Positions 1 through 11,461 of a DNA stretch of 64,000 nucleotides are shown piece by piece. The position numbers and the translations under genes were made by a program. Every line of letters starts with the position of its first letter. Position 1 is the stretch's first letter. The stretch spans positions 14,757 through 78,756 of the forward strand of contig QPMI01000706.1 of NCBI GenBank assembly GCA_004431415.1. The letters are read 5' to 3'. The stretch comes from Cyanophora paradoxa CCMP329 (lineage: Eukaryota; Plantae; Glaucophyta). Below the pieces are notes generated by a model that did no database searches, was not told the origin of the DNA, and saw only the letters and a list, made by a program, of their open reading frames with translations.

Positions 1-187
1 TTAGACCATAATTATAGCGTAACTTCTGTTTTTCTTCTAATCGGATAGCATATTCAGAACGTTTACGAGATTTTTGTCCATGTTGACCTGGTGGATATTT
101 ACGTTTTTTTACAACTTTACGTGTTAAACCTGGTAGTTCTCCTAAACGTCTTATAATTCTTAAAGAAGGTCCTTTATAACGAGACAT
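1..187 (-). CDS. rps4: 30S ribosomal protein S4 (5' part; runs off window edge)
   Basis: Hand translation from ATG at 187: [24 protein letters not shown]...PPGQHGQ...[19 protein letters not shown]; AAAGGAG SD at 201-207. Confidence 0.97.
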   Translation of the reverse strand, partial: MSRYKGPSLRIIRRLGELPGLTRKVVKKRKYPPGQHGQKSRKRSEYAIRLEEKQKLRYNYGL

Positions 188-281
188 ATAATATTAACAA
201 CTCCTTTGTTGATATTTCATTTAATGATTTTATCATTAACTATTTAAATATGTCTACCAAAAATAAATAGTAGATTAAGTA

Positions 282-354
282 AGCTAGAAAGGGGACTTGA
301 ACCCCTGACCGGCTGATTACAAATCAGCTGCTCTACCAACTGAGCTATTCTAGC
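282..354 (-). tRNA. trnT: tRNA-Thr(UGU)
   Basis: Cloverleaf GCTAGAA...TTCTAGC; anticodon arm GCTGA-TT-TGT-AA-TCAGC; GTTCAAG T-loop. Confidence 0.96.
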
Positions 355-646
355 ATATAAATTAAGATCTTTAGATATATATATAAATATACATATATAT
401 ATATAATTATTATATCGATATATCTCTATAATTTAAATATATCATAGATTCGTTTCAGATAAAACTTCACTAAAATTATTTTATATATTTACTTTGTGAA
501 CTACCCATCTATATTTTACTATAATAATTATATATGTATATATATATATATCTATTAGGAATATTAAAATTTAGTAATCACTTTACAAAAAAGTTTAAAA
601 ATATATTTTATTTTTTCTTAAAAATAAGTTACAATAATGAATAGAA

Positions 647-663
647 CGCGGAGTAGAGCAGTT

Positions 664-695
<32 letters not shown>

Positions 696-720
696 AGTGG
701 TTCAAATCCACTCTCCGCAA
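647..720 (+). tRNA. trnfM: initiator tRNA-fMet(CAU)
   Basis: C1:A72 mismatch, three G:C pairs in anticodon stem (GGG/CCC), CAT anticodon. Confidence 0.96.
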
Positions 721-743
721 GTTAAGTTATTAAACCGATTTTA

Positions 744-1223
744 TTATTGAATTAATAAAGTAAACCCCAAAATTAAAATTACAACCCCCAAAGTTTGTTT
801 TAAACGATTTAAAACAGGTCTAACTTGATAAATTCCAATAAGACGATCTTGAATTAAAACTTCAGAAGATTTTACCCAAATTTGACCATCATACCATCCG
901 GATTCTTCATAAGATACAGTTGCACTAAGTAAACGTTGACAAATATAAGACCAACCTAAATAAAGTCTAAGTAAATCAAGAATTAAAACAAAATTACCTC
1001 CAATAATTCCATGTACAAAAATATTAACAGGATGAACTATAAAAAGATCATTATAAAAAGTTATTAAAAATGTTAATAAAAAACCAATGGAATAAATAGT
1101 AAACAAATAAAAAAAATAAATTTTTAACTTTTGGGATGGCCAATTAAATAAAACCGAATTATTTAATATCTGATATTCATTTAAAGGTTGCTGTTCCGTT
1201 GGAATAGGACAAAAAGTGCACAT
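744..1223 (-). CDS. ycf36: Ycf36 (DUF1230) membrane protein
   Basis: Motifs CPIPTEQQPLNEY, RLYLGWSYICQRL, YEESGWYDGQIWVK. Confidence 0.9.
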   Translation of the reverse strand: MCTFCPIPTEQQPLNEYQILNNSVLFNWPSQKLKIYFFYLFTIYSIGFLLTFLITFYNDLFIVHPVNIFVHGIIGGNFVLILDLLRLYLGWSYICQRLLSATVSYEESGWYDGQIWVKSSEVLIQDRLIGIYQVRPVLNRLKQTLGVVILILGFTLLIQ

Positions 1224-1264
1224 AAAAATAGAAAAAGATAAAGAGAAAAGCTTGTAAATAAAAT

Positions 1265-1591
1265 CTAAAAAAACGATGGAGTTTCATTATTAGGGGCTTG
1301 TAATTTAACTGTTTTTGGAACAAAAAAATATAATTTTTCCCGTATACATGTTTTATCGCCTCCTAAAGCGTAAGTCGCACCAGCTAAAGAATCTAAAATT
1401 CGTTGGGCTAAAGGATAATCAATATGTTCAAAATTAAAAACAACAGCTTTGTTAATACGAAGTGCGTCTAAACTTTGCATTAAATAATATTCAATTTCTT
1501 CTTCTTTGAGTGGCTTAAGAACAACAATATCAAATTTTTTATTGTTGTATTGGTCGTAATTATAAAACGAATTGGTATAATCAAATGTCAT
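1265..1591 (-). CDS. sepF: SepF-family cell-division protein (Ycf50/orf108)
   Basis: SepF core motifs: ALRINKAVVFNF...AQRILDSLAGATYALGG...YFFVP. Confidence 0.8.
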   Translation of the reverse strand: MTFDYTNSFYNYDQYNNKKFDIVVLKPLKEEEIEYYLMQSLDALRINKAVVFNFEHIDYPLAQRILDSLAGATYALGGDKTCIREKLYFFVPKTVKLQAPNNETPSFF

Positions 1592-1695
1592 AAGAAAATT
1601 AATGTCTATGTTTAATATTTTTATTTAATAATAGAATATAAAAATAATAAATTGATAAAAATCCAACATTTTTATAAAAAAAAAATAAGGAAATA

Positions 1696-1767
1696 CTGGG
1701 GTGGAAGGATTCGAACCTCCGAATAGCGGAACCAAAATCAGCTGCCTTGCCACTTGGCGACACCCCA
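1696..1767 (-). tRNA. trnQ: tRNA-Gln(UUG)
   Basis: TGGGGTG...CACCCCA acceptor stem; anticodon loop TT-TTG-GT. Confidence 0.94.
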
Positions 1768-1952
1768 AAGTTAATAAAAAATGAATGGAAATTTATTCTT
1801 ATTTAAAAGCGAAAAATTTGAAATTACAATTTCAATTCTAATTATATTATACAAAATTTTTTTTAGATAACAAGTAGTTAATAAATATTTACTAAATAAA
1901 TTTATTAAAAACTTTAAAATAATTGTATAATTTAAATATTCTATAATTTGAT

Positions 1953-1982
1953 TTGACAAATTCATGTTAAGTTCGATATAGT
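1953..1982 (+). promoter_or_regulatory. sigma70-like promoter of the rps12-rps7-tufA-rps10 operon
   Basis: TTGACA (1953-1958), 18 nt, TATAGT (1977-1982), about 47 nt upstream of rps12. Confidence 0.6.
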
Positions 1983-2029
1983 AAACAATGAAAAATTCAA
2001 GTAGATAGAAGGTTCGAAAACTACTTACA

Positions 2030-2404
2030 ATGCCAACAATTCAACAGTTAATTCGATCTAAACGTACAAAAATTGAGAAAAAGACTAAATCTCCGGCTTT
2101 AAAAGCTTGCCCTCAACGAAGAGGGGTTTGTACACGTGTTTATACTACCACTCCGAAAAAACCAAATTCTGCTCTACGAAAAGTAGCGAGGGTTCGTTTA
2201 ACTTCTGGTTTTGAAGTAACAGCTTATATTCCAGGAATTGGTCATAATTTACAAGAACATTCAGTTGTTCTTGTTCGTGGAGGAAGGGTAAAAGATTTAC
2301 CAGGTGTTCGTTATCATATTGTTCGTGGTGCACTTGATGCAGCCGGAGTTAAAGATCGTCGTCAAAGTCGTTCAAAATATGGTGCAAAACGACCAAAAGC
2401 ATAA
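2030..2404 (+). CDS. rps12: 30S ribosomal protein S12
   Basis: MPTIQQLIR...[10 protein letters not shown]...[10 protein letters not shown]. Confidence 0.99.
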   Translation: MPTIQQLIRSKRTKIEKKTKSPALKACPQRRGVCTRVYTTTPKKPNSALRKVARVRLTSGFEVTAYIPGIGHNLQEHSVVLVRGGRVKDLPGVRYHIVRGALDAAGVKDRRQSRSKYGAKRPKA

Positions 2405-2438
2405 TTTTATAAAAAAAAACTATAATTGGATTTAATTT

Positions 2439-2909
2439 ATGTCTCGTCGTAGTACTGCCAAAAAACGTCTAATTTTACCAGACCCTATTTATAATAGTAG
2501 ATTAGTTACATTGTTAATTAATCATATGTTAAAAGATGGAAAAAAATCTATTGCACGAAGCTTTATTTATGAAGCTTTAAAAATTATTGAAGAAAAAAAA
2601 GGTTCAGATCCACTTGAAGTTTTAGAACAAGCTGTTCGTAATTCAACTCCTTTAATTGAAGTTAAAGCACGCCGAATTGGAGGTTCAACTTATCAAGTTC
2701 CAATGGAAGTACGTGTAGATAGAGGTATTACTTTAGCTTTACGCTGGTTAACACGTTTTTCTTTACAACGTCCTGGAAAAACGATTGCTGTTAAATTAGC
2801 AAATGAATTAATTGATGCTGCTAATGAAACAGGCAATACAATTAAAAAACGAGAAGAAATGCATCGTATGGCTGAAGCTAATAAAGCATTTGTTCATTAT
2901 CGATATTAA
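2439..2909 (+). CDS. rps7: 30S ribosomal protein S7
   Basis: [23 protein letters not shown]. Confidence 0.99.
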   Translation: MSRRSTAKKRLILPDPIYNSRLVTLLINHMLKDGKKSIARSFIYEALKIIEEKKGSDPLEVLEQAVRNSTPLIEVKARRIGGSTYQVPMEVRVDRGITLALRWLTRFSLQRPGKTIAVKLANELIDAANETGNTIKKREEMHRMAEANKAFVHYRY

Positions 2910-3043
2910 TTAGGAAGATAATTTGATTATTTTGAAAGAAATTATTACTTAAAATAAAAATATTTTATTTTCAAAATATAATTCTTTATTATCAAAATCA
3001 AAGGGAACTCTAAAAAAAAAACTAACAAAGGATTTTTAAATTT

Positions 3044-4273
3044 ATGGCAAGACAGAAATTTGAACGAAATAAACCACATGTAAACATTGGTACTATTGGT
3101 CACGTTGACCATGGAAAAACTACCTTAACTGCTGCAATTACAACTGCTCTAGCATCCCAAGGTAAAGGAAAAGCTCGTAAATATGATGAAATTGATGCTG
3201 CTCCAGAAGAAAAAGCACGTGGTATTACTATTAATACTGCACACGTAGAATATGAGACTGAAAAACGTCATTATGCACACGTAGATTGCCCAGGACACGC
3301 AGATTATGTGAAAAACATGATTACAGGTGCAGCTCAAATGGACGGAGCTATTTTAGTTGTTTCTGCAGCTGATGGTCCAATGCCTCAAACTCGTGAACAT
3401 ATTCTGTTAGCAAAACAAGTTGGTGTTCCGAACATGGTTGTTTTCTTAAATAAAGAAGACCAAATTGATGACGCTGATTTATTAGAATTAGTAGAATTAG
3501 AAGTTCGTGAATTATTAAGCAAATATGATTTCCCAGGTGATCAAATTCCGTTCGTTAGTGGTTCTGCGTTATTAGCTTTAGAAAGTCTAAGTTCTAATCC
3601 AAAACTTATGCGTGGCGAAGATAAATGGGTAGATAAAATTCTTGCTTTAATGGATGCAGTTGATGAATATATTCCTACTCCAGAACGTCCAATCGATAAA
3701 TCTTTCTTAATGGCAATTGAAGATGTTTTCTCTATTACCGGTCGTGGTACAGTAGCTACTGGTAGAATTGAAAGAGGTGCTATTAAGGTTGGTGAAACAG
3801 TTGAATTAGTAGGTTTAAAAGATACTAAATCAACAACAGTTACTGGTTTAGAAATGTTCCAAAAAACATTAGAAGAAGGGATGGCTGGTGATAACATCGG
3901 TATTCTTCTTCGTGGTGTTCAAAAAACTGATATTGAGCGTGGTATGGTTTTAGCAAAACCAGGTTCTATTACTCCACATACTCAATTTGAATCTGAAGTT
4001 TATGTATTAACAAAAGATGAAGGTGGTCGTCATACTCCATTCTTCTCTGGATATCGTCCACAATTTTATGTACGTACTACTGATGTTACTGGTAGCATTG
4101 ATGCGTTTACTGCAGATGATGGTAGTAATGCAGAAATGGTTATGCCAGGAGATCGTATTAAAATGACAGTAAGTTTAGTACATCCAATTGCGATTGAACA
4201 AGGTATGCGTTTCGCGATTCGTGAAGGTGGTCGTACAATTGGTGCAGGTGTAGTTTCTAAGATTTTAAAATAA
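3044..4273 (+). CDS. tufA: Elongation factor Tu
   Basis: GHVDHGKT P-loop, DCPGH, NKED; 409 aa. Confidence 0.99.
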   Translation: MARQKFERNKPHVNIGTIGHVDHGKTTLTAAITTALASQGKGKARKYDEIDAAPEEKARGITINTAHVEYETEKRHYAHVDCPGHADYVKNMITGAAQMDGAILVVSAADGPMPQTREHILLAKQVGVPNMVVFLNKEDQIDDADLLELVELEVRELLSKYDFPGDQIPFVSGSALLALESLSSNPKLMRGEDKWVDKILALMDAVDEYIPTPERPIDKSFLMAIEDVFSITGRGTVATGRIERGAIKVGETVELVGLKDTKSTTVTGLEMFQKTLEEGMAGDNIGILLRGVQKTDIERGMVLAKPGSITPHTQFESEVYVLTKDEGGRHTPFFSGYRPQFYVRTTDVTGSIDAFTADDGSNAEMVMPGDRIKMTVSLVHPIAIEQGMRFAIREGGRTIGAGVVSKILK

Positions 4274-4289
4274 TTAAAATCTAAATTTT

Positions 4290-4322
4290 AGAGAGAAATA
4301 GAAAATGTATTTATTTCTCTCT
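4290..4322 (+). terminator. stem-loop after tufA
   Basis: AGAGAGAAATA / TATTTCTCTCT inverted repeat followed by a T-run. Confidence 0.6.
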
Positions 4323-4359
4323 TTTTAATTTAAAAAATAAAAATTAAAAATTAAAAATT

Positions 4360-4677
4360 ATGGCCAGTAATCAACAATTAAAAATTCGTATTCAACTACG
4401 TTCTTATGACTCTTCATTATTAGAAAACTCATGTGAACAAATTATTGAAGCTGCAAAACGAACTGATGCTACAGCAGTAGGACCTATTCCTTTACCAACA
4501 AAAAAGAAAATTTATTGCGTTTTACGTTCCCCACATGTAGATAAAGATTCACGAGAACATTTCGAAATTAGAGTTCATCGCAGAATAATTGATTTATATT
4601 TACCATCTTCCAAAACAATTGATACTTTAACTCGTTTAGATTTACCAGCAGGTGTTGATGTGGAAGTTAAACTTTAG
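4360..4677 (+). CDS. rps10: 30S ribosomal protein S10
   Basis: GPIPLPT...[16 protein letters not shown]. Confidence 0.98.
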   Translation: MASNQQLKIRIQLRSYDSSLLENSCEQIIEAAKRTDATAVGPIPLPTKKKIYCVLRSPHVDKDSREHFEIRVHRRIIDLYLPSSKTIDTLTRLDLPAGVDVEVKL

Positions 4678-4694
4678 TTTTTTTTTGAATTAAG

Positions 4695-4742
4695 AAAATC
4701 TAAATAATAAAATAGAGATTTCTATTTTATTATTTAGATTTT
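4695..4742. terminator. bidirectional hairpin between convergent rps10 and petF
   Basis: 22-bp perfect arms with a 4-nt loop (GATT). Confidence 0.75.
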
Positions 4743-4749
4743 TTATTTT

Positions 4750-5049
4750 TTAGTAAAGAGATTCTTCTTGGTGAGTTTTAACTGTACAGTCAGAAGATGG
4801 GTATGCTACACAAGTTAATACATAACCAGCTGCTAATTGAGCGTCATCTAAGAAAGATTGATCAGATTGATCTACAGTTCCTTCTACCACTTTACCTGCA
4901 CAAGTAGAACATGCACCTGCACGACAGGAGTATGGTAAATCAATACCTTGTTCTTCTGCTGCATCAAGAATGTACTCATCATCTGGACATTCAATAGTGG
5001 TATCTAAACCTTGTTCTTCACAAATAAGACGAACTTTATATACTGCCAT
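4750..5049 (-). CDS. petF: Plant-type [2Fe-2S] ferredoxin
   Basis: [11 protein letters not shown]...LTCVAYP. Confidence 0.98.
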
Positions 5050-5489
5050 AAAATACTATCTCCTAAATAATTATAGTTACAAGGTAGAACTTTTAATAAT
5101 TTAATTTAAATTATTTTAATCTAAAATATATATATATATAAATTTATTTTTATTATTTTTTCAGTTAATTATAAATTTATATTTAAAGTTTACCATGTTT
5201 ATTAATTTTTTTTTAATATGTTTTAATTGCTTTTTTCGAAAAACTTAATTTTTTCTATTTAAAATTAAATTTTTATAAAGAAAAAAAAGGAAAATTTAAA
5301 TTTAGTATCGATTTTTAAAAAAAATTAATATATACTATAAATATAGATATATATTTTTATTTATTTACATATCTTAGATAAGATCTAGATTTAGATATAT
5401 CTAAACAGAAATAGCTAAAGTATACAGATCAATATATAAATATCTAGAAAATATTTAAACAACTAAAGTTTAAATTCATATAACGAAAA

Positions 5490-5577
5490 GGAGAGATGGC
5501 CGAGTGGTTGAAGGCGCAGCACTGGAAATGCTGTTTAAGGTTTTCCCTTAACGAGGGTTCGAATCCCTCTCTCTCCG
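5490..5577 (+). tRNA. trnS: tRNA-Ser(GGA)
   Basis: GGAGAGA acceptor stem, CAGCA-CT-GGA-AA-TGCTG, long variable arm. Confidence 0.96.
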
Positions 5578-5793
5578 TTTATTATTATTATTCTTATTAT
5601 TAAGAACCAAAAAAAGGTTAAATCTAAAAAACTATATTAAATACAAATTTATTCTTATTAAATCTGTTTTTTTTTAGTTAATATTAAACTTTAAATTTGG
5701 GTATTCATAGATTATGATTAATAAAGAAACAAATAGAATATTTTATAATATTCAATATTTCAATTTAAATTAACTTTTTAGGAGACTGAAACT

Positions 5794-5991
5794 ATGTTAA
5801 TTGCATTTCAAGGTGCTGTATTTGCTTTAGTTCTTTTATCCTTCGTATTAATCGTTGCTGTTCCTGTTGCTTTAGCATCTCCTGGTGAATGGGAACGTTC
5901 TCAACGTTTAATCTACGCAGGCGCTGCTTTATGGACTTCTTTAATTATTGTTATTGGTGTTCTTGATTCTGTTGTAGCAAATCAAGCATAA
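5794..5991 (+). CDS. psbZ: Photosystem II protein Z (Ycf9)
   Basis: FQGAVFALVLLSFVLIVAVPVALASPGEWE. Confidence 0.96.
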   Translation: MLIAFQGAVFALVLLSFVLIVAVPVALASPGEWERSQRLIYAGAALWTSLIIVIGVLDSVVANQA

Positions 5992-6062
5992 TTAAAAAAA
6001 AATTTATTTCCATAAAATTTTTTATGGAAATATTTTTTTATAAAAAATTTCTTTAATTAAAG

Positions 6063-6092
6063 TTGACAATTTGACCTTACTTGTATCATAAT
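6063..6092 (+). promoter_or_regulatory. sigma70-like promoter of trnG
   Basis: TTGACA-N18-CATAAT, ending 18 nt before the tRNA. Confidence 0.6.
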
Positions 6093-6110
6093 ATAAGTAT
6101 AGAAAAAATT

Positions 6111-6183
6111 GCGGGTGTAGCTCAGCTGGTAGAGCGCAACCTTGCCAAGGTTGATGTCGCGCGTTCGAATCGCGTCACCCGCT
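6111..6183 (+). tRNA. trnG: tRNA-Gly(GCC)
   Basis: GCGGGTG/CACCCGC stem; CAACC-TT-GCC-AA-GGTTG. Confidence 0.96.
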
Positions 6184-6201
6184 TACTTAAATAATTTAAA
6201 G

Positions 6202-6257
6202 AATACTATAAAAAATAAAAATATTTAATAATAAATATCTTTATTTTTTATAGTATT
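6202..6257. terminator. hairpin between convergent trnG and rps18
   Basis: AATACTATAAAAAATAAA...TTTATTTTTTATAGTATT inverted repeat. Confidence 0.65.
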
Positions 6258-6272
6258 TTCTTTTTTTAACTT

Positions 6273-6488
6273 TTAACTTTCACGATTAACAAACGGTAAT
6301 AATGCTAAAACTCGAGCTTGTTTAATAGCTTTTGTTACAGCACGTTGTTGTTTTGCTGTTAATCCAGTTACACGACGTGGTAAAATTTTACCTTGGTCAG
6401 TAATAAAAGTACGTAATAATTCTACATCTTGATAATCAATTACTTGATTCGGTTTTAACGGAGATAAACGACGACGATATACAGACAT
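6273..6488 (-). CDS. rps18: 30S ribosomal protein S18
   Basis: [13 protein letters not shown]...[10 protein letters not shown]...ARVLALLPF. Confidence 0.98.
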   Translation of the reverse strand: MSVYRRRLSPLKPNQVIDYQDVELLRTFITDQGKILPRRVTGLTAKQQRAVTKAIKQARVLALLPFVNRES

Positions 6489-6521
6489 AATGAAATGTTT
6501 GGTTTTTTATACTAACTAAAA

Positions 6522-6716
6522 TTATTTAATTTCTCTGTGTAATACGTGTTTTTTACAGTATGGACAAAATTTATTTAATTCAAGACGATTAGGAGTATTT
6601 CTTCTATTTTTTTTAGTAGCATAACGAGAAACACCACCACCTAATCTTTCACCATTAGATCTACATTCTGTACATTCTAATGTTACTAAAATACGAACAC
6701 CTTTAGCACGAGCCAT
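6522..6716 (-). CDS. rpl33: 50S ribosomal protein L33
   Basis: LECTEC...[19 protein letters not shown] (zinc-ribbon form). Confidence 0.97.
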   Translation of the reverse strand: MARAKGVRILVTLECTECRSNGERLGGGVSRYATKKNRRNTPNRLELNKFCPYCKKHVLHREIK

Positions 6717-6839
6717 ATTGATTAATTCTTAAAATGATTATTGTATTGTTTATTATAATAATTTATTATAACTTGTTTTTTGTTATTTAGTTTGAAAAAT
6801 ACAGTATTATTTAGTTATATTTTTTAAGAAAAAATTATT

Positions 6840-7148
6840 ATGAATGTATTATCCTACTTTACTTGGTTTGTTCATTTATCTTCAGTTTTAGAATGGTTAA
6901 ATATTATTTATTTTTTTTTACTCTATACTAAACTAAAAAAAAATCTTTCTTTAAAAACATTTATTTTTTCATTTTTTATATCATTTTGTAGTGCATTATG
7001 TGCTTGTACTTTGCATTTTTTTAATAATCAGAGTTTTTATTATTTTTTAATAAATTTACAAAGTTTTTTAACTTTATTTGCAAATATAACTTTATATTTC
7101 TCAATTTTAATTTATAAACAACAGATTTTAAAAAATCAAAACTACTAG
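6840..7148 (+). CDS. ycf49: Ycf49-like (DUF2499) membrane protein
   Basis: TWFVHLSSVLEWL and SALCACTLHFF motifs. Confidence 0.8.
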   Translation: MNVLSYFTWFVHLSSVLEWLNIIYFFLLYTKLKKNLSLKTFIFSFFISFCSALCACTLHFFNNQSFYYFLINLQSFLTLFANITLYFSILIYKQQILKNQNY

Positions 7149-7272
7149 ATGGAATAACAATATAATGTTATTATATACATTTATAATACAACCTATTTTT
7201 TTATTTGAAAATCGTATTTAATAAATAAAAAATGTATTGCTCTAATATAATCAAACAAAAGGAAGGAATTTT

Positions 7273-7902
7273 GTGTCGATAGGTATTCTTGGTACAAAAT
7301 TGGGCATGACGCAAATTTTTGATGAAGCAGGAAATGCTATTCCTGTAACCATTATACAAGCCGGACCATGTCCCATTACGCAAATAAAAACAACAGCGAC
7401 TGATGGATATAATGCCATTCAAGTTGGTTATAGAGAAACTAAAGAAAAAAATCTAACAAAAGCTCAATTAGGACATTTACAAAAAACAAATAATTCAGCT
7501 TTAAGAGTATTACAAGAATTTTCAATTGAATCATCTGATTCTATTGAAGTTGAAAAGCCAATTACAGTTGAATTGTTTAATGATAATGATATTGTCAATA
7601 TTCAAGGATATAGTATTGGACGAGGATTTTCTGGTTATCAAAAACGACATAATTTTGCTCGTGGTCCTATGAGTCACGGTTCAAAAAATCACCGTTTACC
7701 AGGTTCCATTGGAGCAGGTAGTACACCAGGACGTGTTTACCCAGGTACTCGAATGGCAGGTAGAAAAGGCGACAGCAAAATTACAATTCGTGGTTTGAAG
7801 ATTGTAAAAGTAGATTCTGAACGTAGTTTATTAATTGTTAAAGGATCTGTACCAGGTAAACCTGGAGGATTATTAACAATAACTCAAGTTAAAAAAGTTT
7901 AA
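7273..7902 (+). CDS. rpl3: 50S ribosomal protein L3 (GTG start)
   Basis: [21 protein letters not shown]; AAGGA SD upstream. Confidence 0.98.
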   Translation: MSIGILGTKLGMTQIFDEAGNAIPVTIIQAGPCPITQIKTTATDGYNAIQVGYRETKEKNLTKAQLGHLQKTNNSALRVLQEFSIESSDSIEVEKPITVELFNDNDIVNIQGYSIGRGFSGYQKRHNFARGPMSHGSKNHRLPGSIGAGSTPGRVYPGTRMAGRKGDSKITIRGLKIVKVDSERSLLIVKGSVPGKPGGLLTITQVKKV

Positions 7903-7963
7903 GATTTTTAAAGATGATTCTTTAAATCATTTAACAAATTTATAAATTCAAATAAAAAAGATT

Positions 7964-8791
7964 ATGGCCATTCGTTCTTATAAGGCATATACGCCAGGCA
8001 CTAGAAATCGGACAATTTCCGAATTTAGTGAAATTACCAAATCAGAACCTGAAAAAAGTTTAACTTTTTTAAAACATCGTAAAAAAGGTAGAAATAACCG
8101 TGGTATTATAACAACCGCTCATAAAGGCGGTGGTTCTAAACGTCTTTATCGTATTATTGATTTTAAACGTGATTTAAAATTAGTTCCTGCTAAAGTTGCT
8201 GCAATTGAATATGATCCAAATCGTAATGCCCGCATTGCCTTATTACATTATCAAAATGGTGAAAAAGGTTATATTCTGCACGCACGTGGATTAGCTGTAG
8301 GCAATATGGTTTATTCTGGACCAAATGCTCCAATTGAAGTAGGGAATTCTTTACCTTTAAGTGAAATTCCTTTAGCAACTGAAATTCATAATATTGAATT
8401 AACCCCAGGTAAAGGAGGACAATTAGTTCGATCCGCTGGAAGTTCTGCTCAATTACTAGCGAAAGAAGGTAATTATGTTACTTTACGCTTACCATCTGGT
8501 GAGATGAGATTTGTTCGAAAAGAATGTTATGCGACTATTGGACAAATAGGTAATGCAGAGATTAGTAATATTAGTATTGGGAAAGCAGGAAGAAATCGTT
8601 GGTTAGGAATTCGTCCAACAGTTCGTGGTGTTGTGAAAAACCCTGTAGATCACCCGCATGGTGGTGGTGAAGGTCGTGCTCCAATTGGACGTAGTACTCC
8701 TGTAACACCATGGGGTAAACCAGCTTTAGGACGAAGAACTCGACGTACTAAAAAGTACAGTGATAATTTAATTATTCGTCGACGTAAATAA
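7964..8791 (+). CDS. rpl2: 50S ribosomal protein L2
   Basis: [25 protein letters not shown]. Confidence 0.99.
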   Translation: MAIRSYKAYTPGTRNRTISEFSEITKSEPEKSLTFLKHRKKGRNNRGIITTAHKGGGSKRLYRIIDFKRDLKLVPAKVAAIEYDPNRNARIALLHYQNGEKGYILHARGLAVGNMVYSGPNAPIEVGNSLPLSEIPLATEIHNIELTPGKGGQLVRSAGSSAQLLAKEGNYVTLRLPSGEMRFVRKECYATIGQIGNAEISNISIGKAGRNRWLGIRPTVRGVVKNPVDHPHGGGEGRAPIGRSTPVTPWGKPALGRRTRRTKKYSDNLIIRRRK

Positions 8792-8849
8792 TTTATAAAT
8801 TATCGTATTAGTTAACAGTTTATTCTTTTATAAAAATTAGATTCTAAAA

Positions 8850-9128
8850 ATGGCACGTTCTTTGAAAAAAGGTCCTTTTATTGCTCACCATTTATTAAAA
8901 AAAGTAGAATTATTAAATACGTCTGGTAAAACTGAAGTTATTAAAACTTGGTCTCGCGCATCTACAATTTTACCCATGATGGTTGGGCATACGATAGCAG
9001 TTCATAATGGTCGTCAACATTTACCAGTTTTTATTACTGATCAAATGGTGGGACATAAATTAGGAGAATTTGCTCCTACACGTACTTTTAAAGGACATAC
9101 TAAAAGTGATAAAAAAGCACGTAGATAA
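8850..9128 (+). CDS. rps19: 30S ribosomal protein S19
   Basis: RSLKKGPF...[11 protein letters not shown]. Confidence 0.99.
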   Translation: MARSLKKGPFIAHHLLKKVELLNTSGKTEVIKTWSRASTILPMMVGHTIAVHNGRQHLPVFITDQMVGHKLGEFAPTRTFKGHTKSDKKARR

Positions 9129-9149
9129 AAATTAAAATTTAAATAAATT

Positions 9150-9494
9150 ATGGCTACTGAAGTAAAAGCAATTGCAAAATATGTTCGAACTTCTCCACAA
9201 AAAGTTCGACGAATATTAGATCAAATTCGTGGTAAATCCTACAAGGAAGCCGTTATGCTTTTAAGTGTAATGCCTTATAAAGCTTGTAGTATAATCTTAA
9301 AAATTGTTGATTCCGCTGCAGCAAATGCTCAAGTTACAAAAGGATTCAATAAAAATAAATTAATTATTAGTAAAACTTTTGTTGACAAAGGTCCAACTTT
9401 AAAACGTTTTCGTCCTCGTGCACAAGGACGAGGTTATAAAATTTTAAAACCGACCTGTCATATTACAGTGCAAGTACAAGATCAAAGTTTATAA
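9150..9494 (+). CDS. rpl22: 50S ribosomal protein L22
   Basis: SPQKVRR...[10 protein letters not shown]. Confidence 0.98.
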   Translation: MATEVKAIAKYVRTSPQKVRRILDQIRGKSYKEAVMLLSVMPYKACSIILKIVDSAAANAQVTKGFNKNKLIISKTFVDKGPTLKRFRPRAQGRGYKILKPTCHITVQVQDQSL

Positions 9495-9540
9495 TTTTCC
9501 ATTTATATTTCATTAATTAAATTAAAGGATATCAATTCGA

Positions 9541-10200
9541 GTGGGACAAAAAATTCATCCAATTGGATTTCGTCTTGGTATAACACAGAAACATCGTTCA
9601 TGTTGGTTTGCTAATCCAAAACAATATCCGACTCTTTTACAAGAAGATCATCTAATTCGTCAATATATTGAAAAAAATTTAAGTAATGCTGGAATTGCTC
9701 AGATTTATATTCAACGAAAAGCAGATCGTATCGAATTAGAATTACGAACTGCTCGTCCAGGTGTTGTTGTTGGTCGAGGCGGAGCTGGAATTGAAGTTTT
9801 ACGAAAAGGATTAAAAGATTTATTAGGCGAACAAAAACAAATTCGCATTAATGTTATCGAAGTTAAACAAATTGATGCTGAAGCAGCATTAATTGGTGAA
9901 TTTATTACACAACAATTAGAACGACGTGTAGCATTCCGTCGAATTGTTCGAAAAGCAATTACAAGAGCTCAACGAGCAGGAATTGAAGGTATTAAAATTC
10001 AAATTTCTGGTCGTTTAAATGGCGCGGAAATTGCACGTAGTGAATGGTCCCGTGAAGGTCGAGTACCATTACAAACTTTACGCGCAGAAATTGATTATTC
10101 CTATAAACGCGCACAAACAATTTATGGTGTTTTAGGTGTTAAAGTATGGATTTTTAAAGGAGAAGTTATTCCTGGTAATCCAACAGAGATTTCTGAGTAA
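9541..10200 (+). CDS. rps3: 30S ribosomal protein S3 (GTG start)
   Basis: [12 protein letters not shown]...[13 protein letters not shown]. Confidence 0.99.
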   Translation: MGQKIHPIGFRLGITQKHRSCWFANPKQYPTLLQEDHLIRQYIEKNLSNAGIAQIYIQRKADRIELELRTARPGVVVGRGGAGIEVLRKGLKDLLGEQKQIRINVIEVKQIDAEAALIGEFITQQLERRVAFRRIVRKAITRAQRAGIEGIKIQISGRLNGAEIARSEWSREGRVPLQTLRAEIDYSYKRAQTIYGVLGVKVWIFKGEVIPGNPTEISE

Positions 10201-10258
10201 TAGAATTTATTAATTTATATTTAAAAAATTATTCAAAAAGAAATTAGAGAAGTTAAAC

Positions 10259-10666
10259 ATGTTAAGCCCAAGAAGAACAAAATTTAGAAAACAACAACGA
10301 GGACGAATGAAAGGAATTAGTACTCGTGGTAATAATTTGGTCTTTGGTGATTTTGGATTACAAGCTTTAGAACCTGCTTGGATAACCTCCCGTCAAATCG
10401 AAGCAAGCCGTCGTGCAATTAATCGTTATGTTCGTCGTGGTGGTAAAATTTGGATTCGAATTTTCCCTGATAAACCGGTTACAATGCGTCCTGCTGAAAC
10501 TCGTATGGGATCTGGTAAAGGTGCACCTGAATACTGGGTAGCAATTGTAAAACCAGGCCGTGTTATTTTCGAAATAAATGGTGTATCTCAAGAAATGGCG
10601 AAAGCAGCTTTACGAATAGCTACTTTTAAATTACCAATTAAAACAAAATTTATTTCTCGAGTTTAA
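10259..10666 (+). CDS. rpl16: 50S ribosomal protein L16
   Basis: [11 protein letters not shown]. Confidence 0.99.
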   Translation: MLSPRRTKFRKQQRGRMKGISTRGNNLVFGDFGLQALEPAWITSRQIEASRRAINRYVRRGGKIWIRIFPDKPVTMRPAETRMGSGKGAPEYWVAIVKPGRVIFEINGVSQEMAKAALRIATFKLPIKTKFISRV

Positions 10667-10713
10667 AGTATTTACTATTCAGATGCAAAAATTTAATAAA
10701 AGGGGCGATTTTT

Positions 10714-10980
10714 ATGGCGTCTAAGGAAAGAGTCGGTGTAGTTATTCGAAATCCACAAGAGAAAACAGTAATTGTTGCTGTTAATAATCGAGTAAGACAC
10801 AATAAATATTCTAAAATTATTATTCGAACAAAAAAATATCAAGTTCATGATCATTCTCATATTTGTAAACTTGGTGATGAAGTAAAAATTTCTGAAGTTA
10901 AACCTATAAGTAAAACCAAACGTTGGATTATTTCGGAAGTTTTATCTTCTACAGTTAATCCTGAAAAATTTGGAGATTAA
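10714..10980 (+). CDS. rps17: 30S ribosomal protein S17
   Basis: KTVIVAV...KKYQVHD...[18 protein letters not shown]. Confidence 0.95.
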   Translation: MASKERVGVVIRNPQEKTVIVAVNNRVRHNKYSKIIIRTKKYQVHDHSHICKLGDEVKISEVKPISKTKRWIISEVLSSTVNPEKFGD

Positions 10981-10985
10981 AAGTA

Positions 10986-11354
10986 ATGATTCAACCACAA
11001 AGTTATTTAACTGCGGCCGATAATAGTGGAGCTCGTAAATTAATGTGTATTCGAGTTCTTGGGGGAGGAAATCGTCGTTATGCTCGAATTGGTGATGTAA
11101 TTGTCGCTGTAGTAAAAGATGCGATTCCTAATATGCCAATTAAAAAATCCGATACGGTTAAAGCTGTTATTGTTAGAACTCGAAAAGAGTTAAAACGTGA
11201 TAATGGTATGAATATCTGTTTTGATGATAATGCAGCGGTAATTATTAATGCGGATGGAAATCCTCGTGGAACACGTGTGTTTGGACCTGTAGCTCGTGAA
11301 TTACGAGATAAAAATTTTACAAAAATTATTTCTTTAGCTCCGGAAGTATTATAG
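10986..11354 (+). CDS. rpl14: 50S ribosomal protein L14
   Basis: [12 protein letters not shown]...[11 protein letters not shown]. Confidence 0.99.
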   Translation: MIQPQSYLTAADNSGARKLMCIRVLGGGNRRYARIGDVIVAVVKDAIPNMPIKKSDTVKAVIVRTRKELKRDNGMNICFDDNAAVIINADGNPRGTRVFGPVARELRDKNFTKIISLAPEVL

Positions 11355-11461
11355 AAATATTTTTAAACTTAAATTTAATAAAAATTATTTTTGAAAATTT
11401 AAGTTAACTATGTACCTCTCTAAATTCAAATTAATTTAAAAATGTAAAGGATTTACGAATT

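Noticed and set aside
1771-1965. 64-aa ORF between trnQ and rps12 (also 21499-21750, 39259-39501, 41160-41348)
   Set aside because: Low-complexity AT-rich translations that overlap promoters, tRNAs or known genes.
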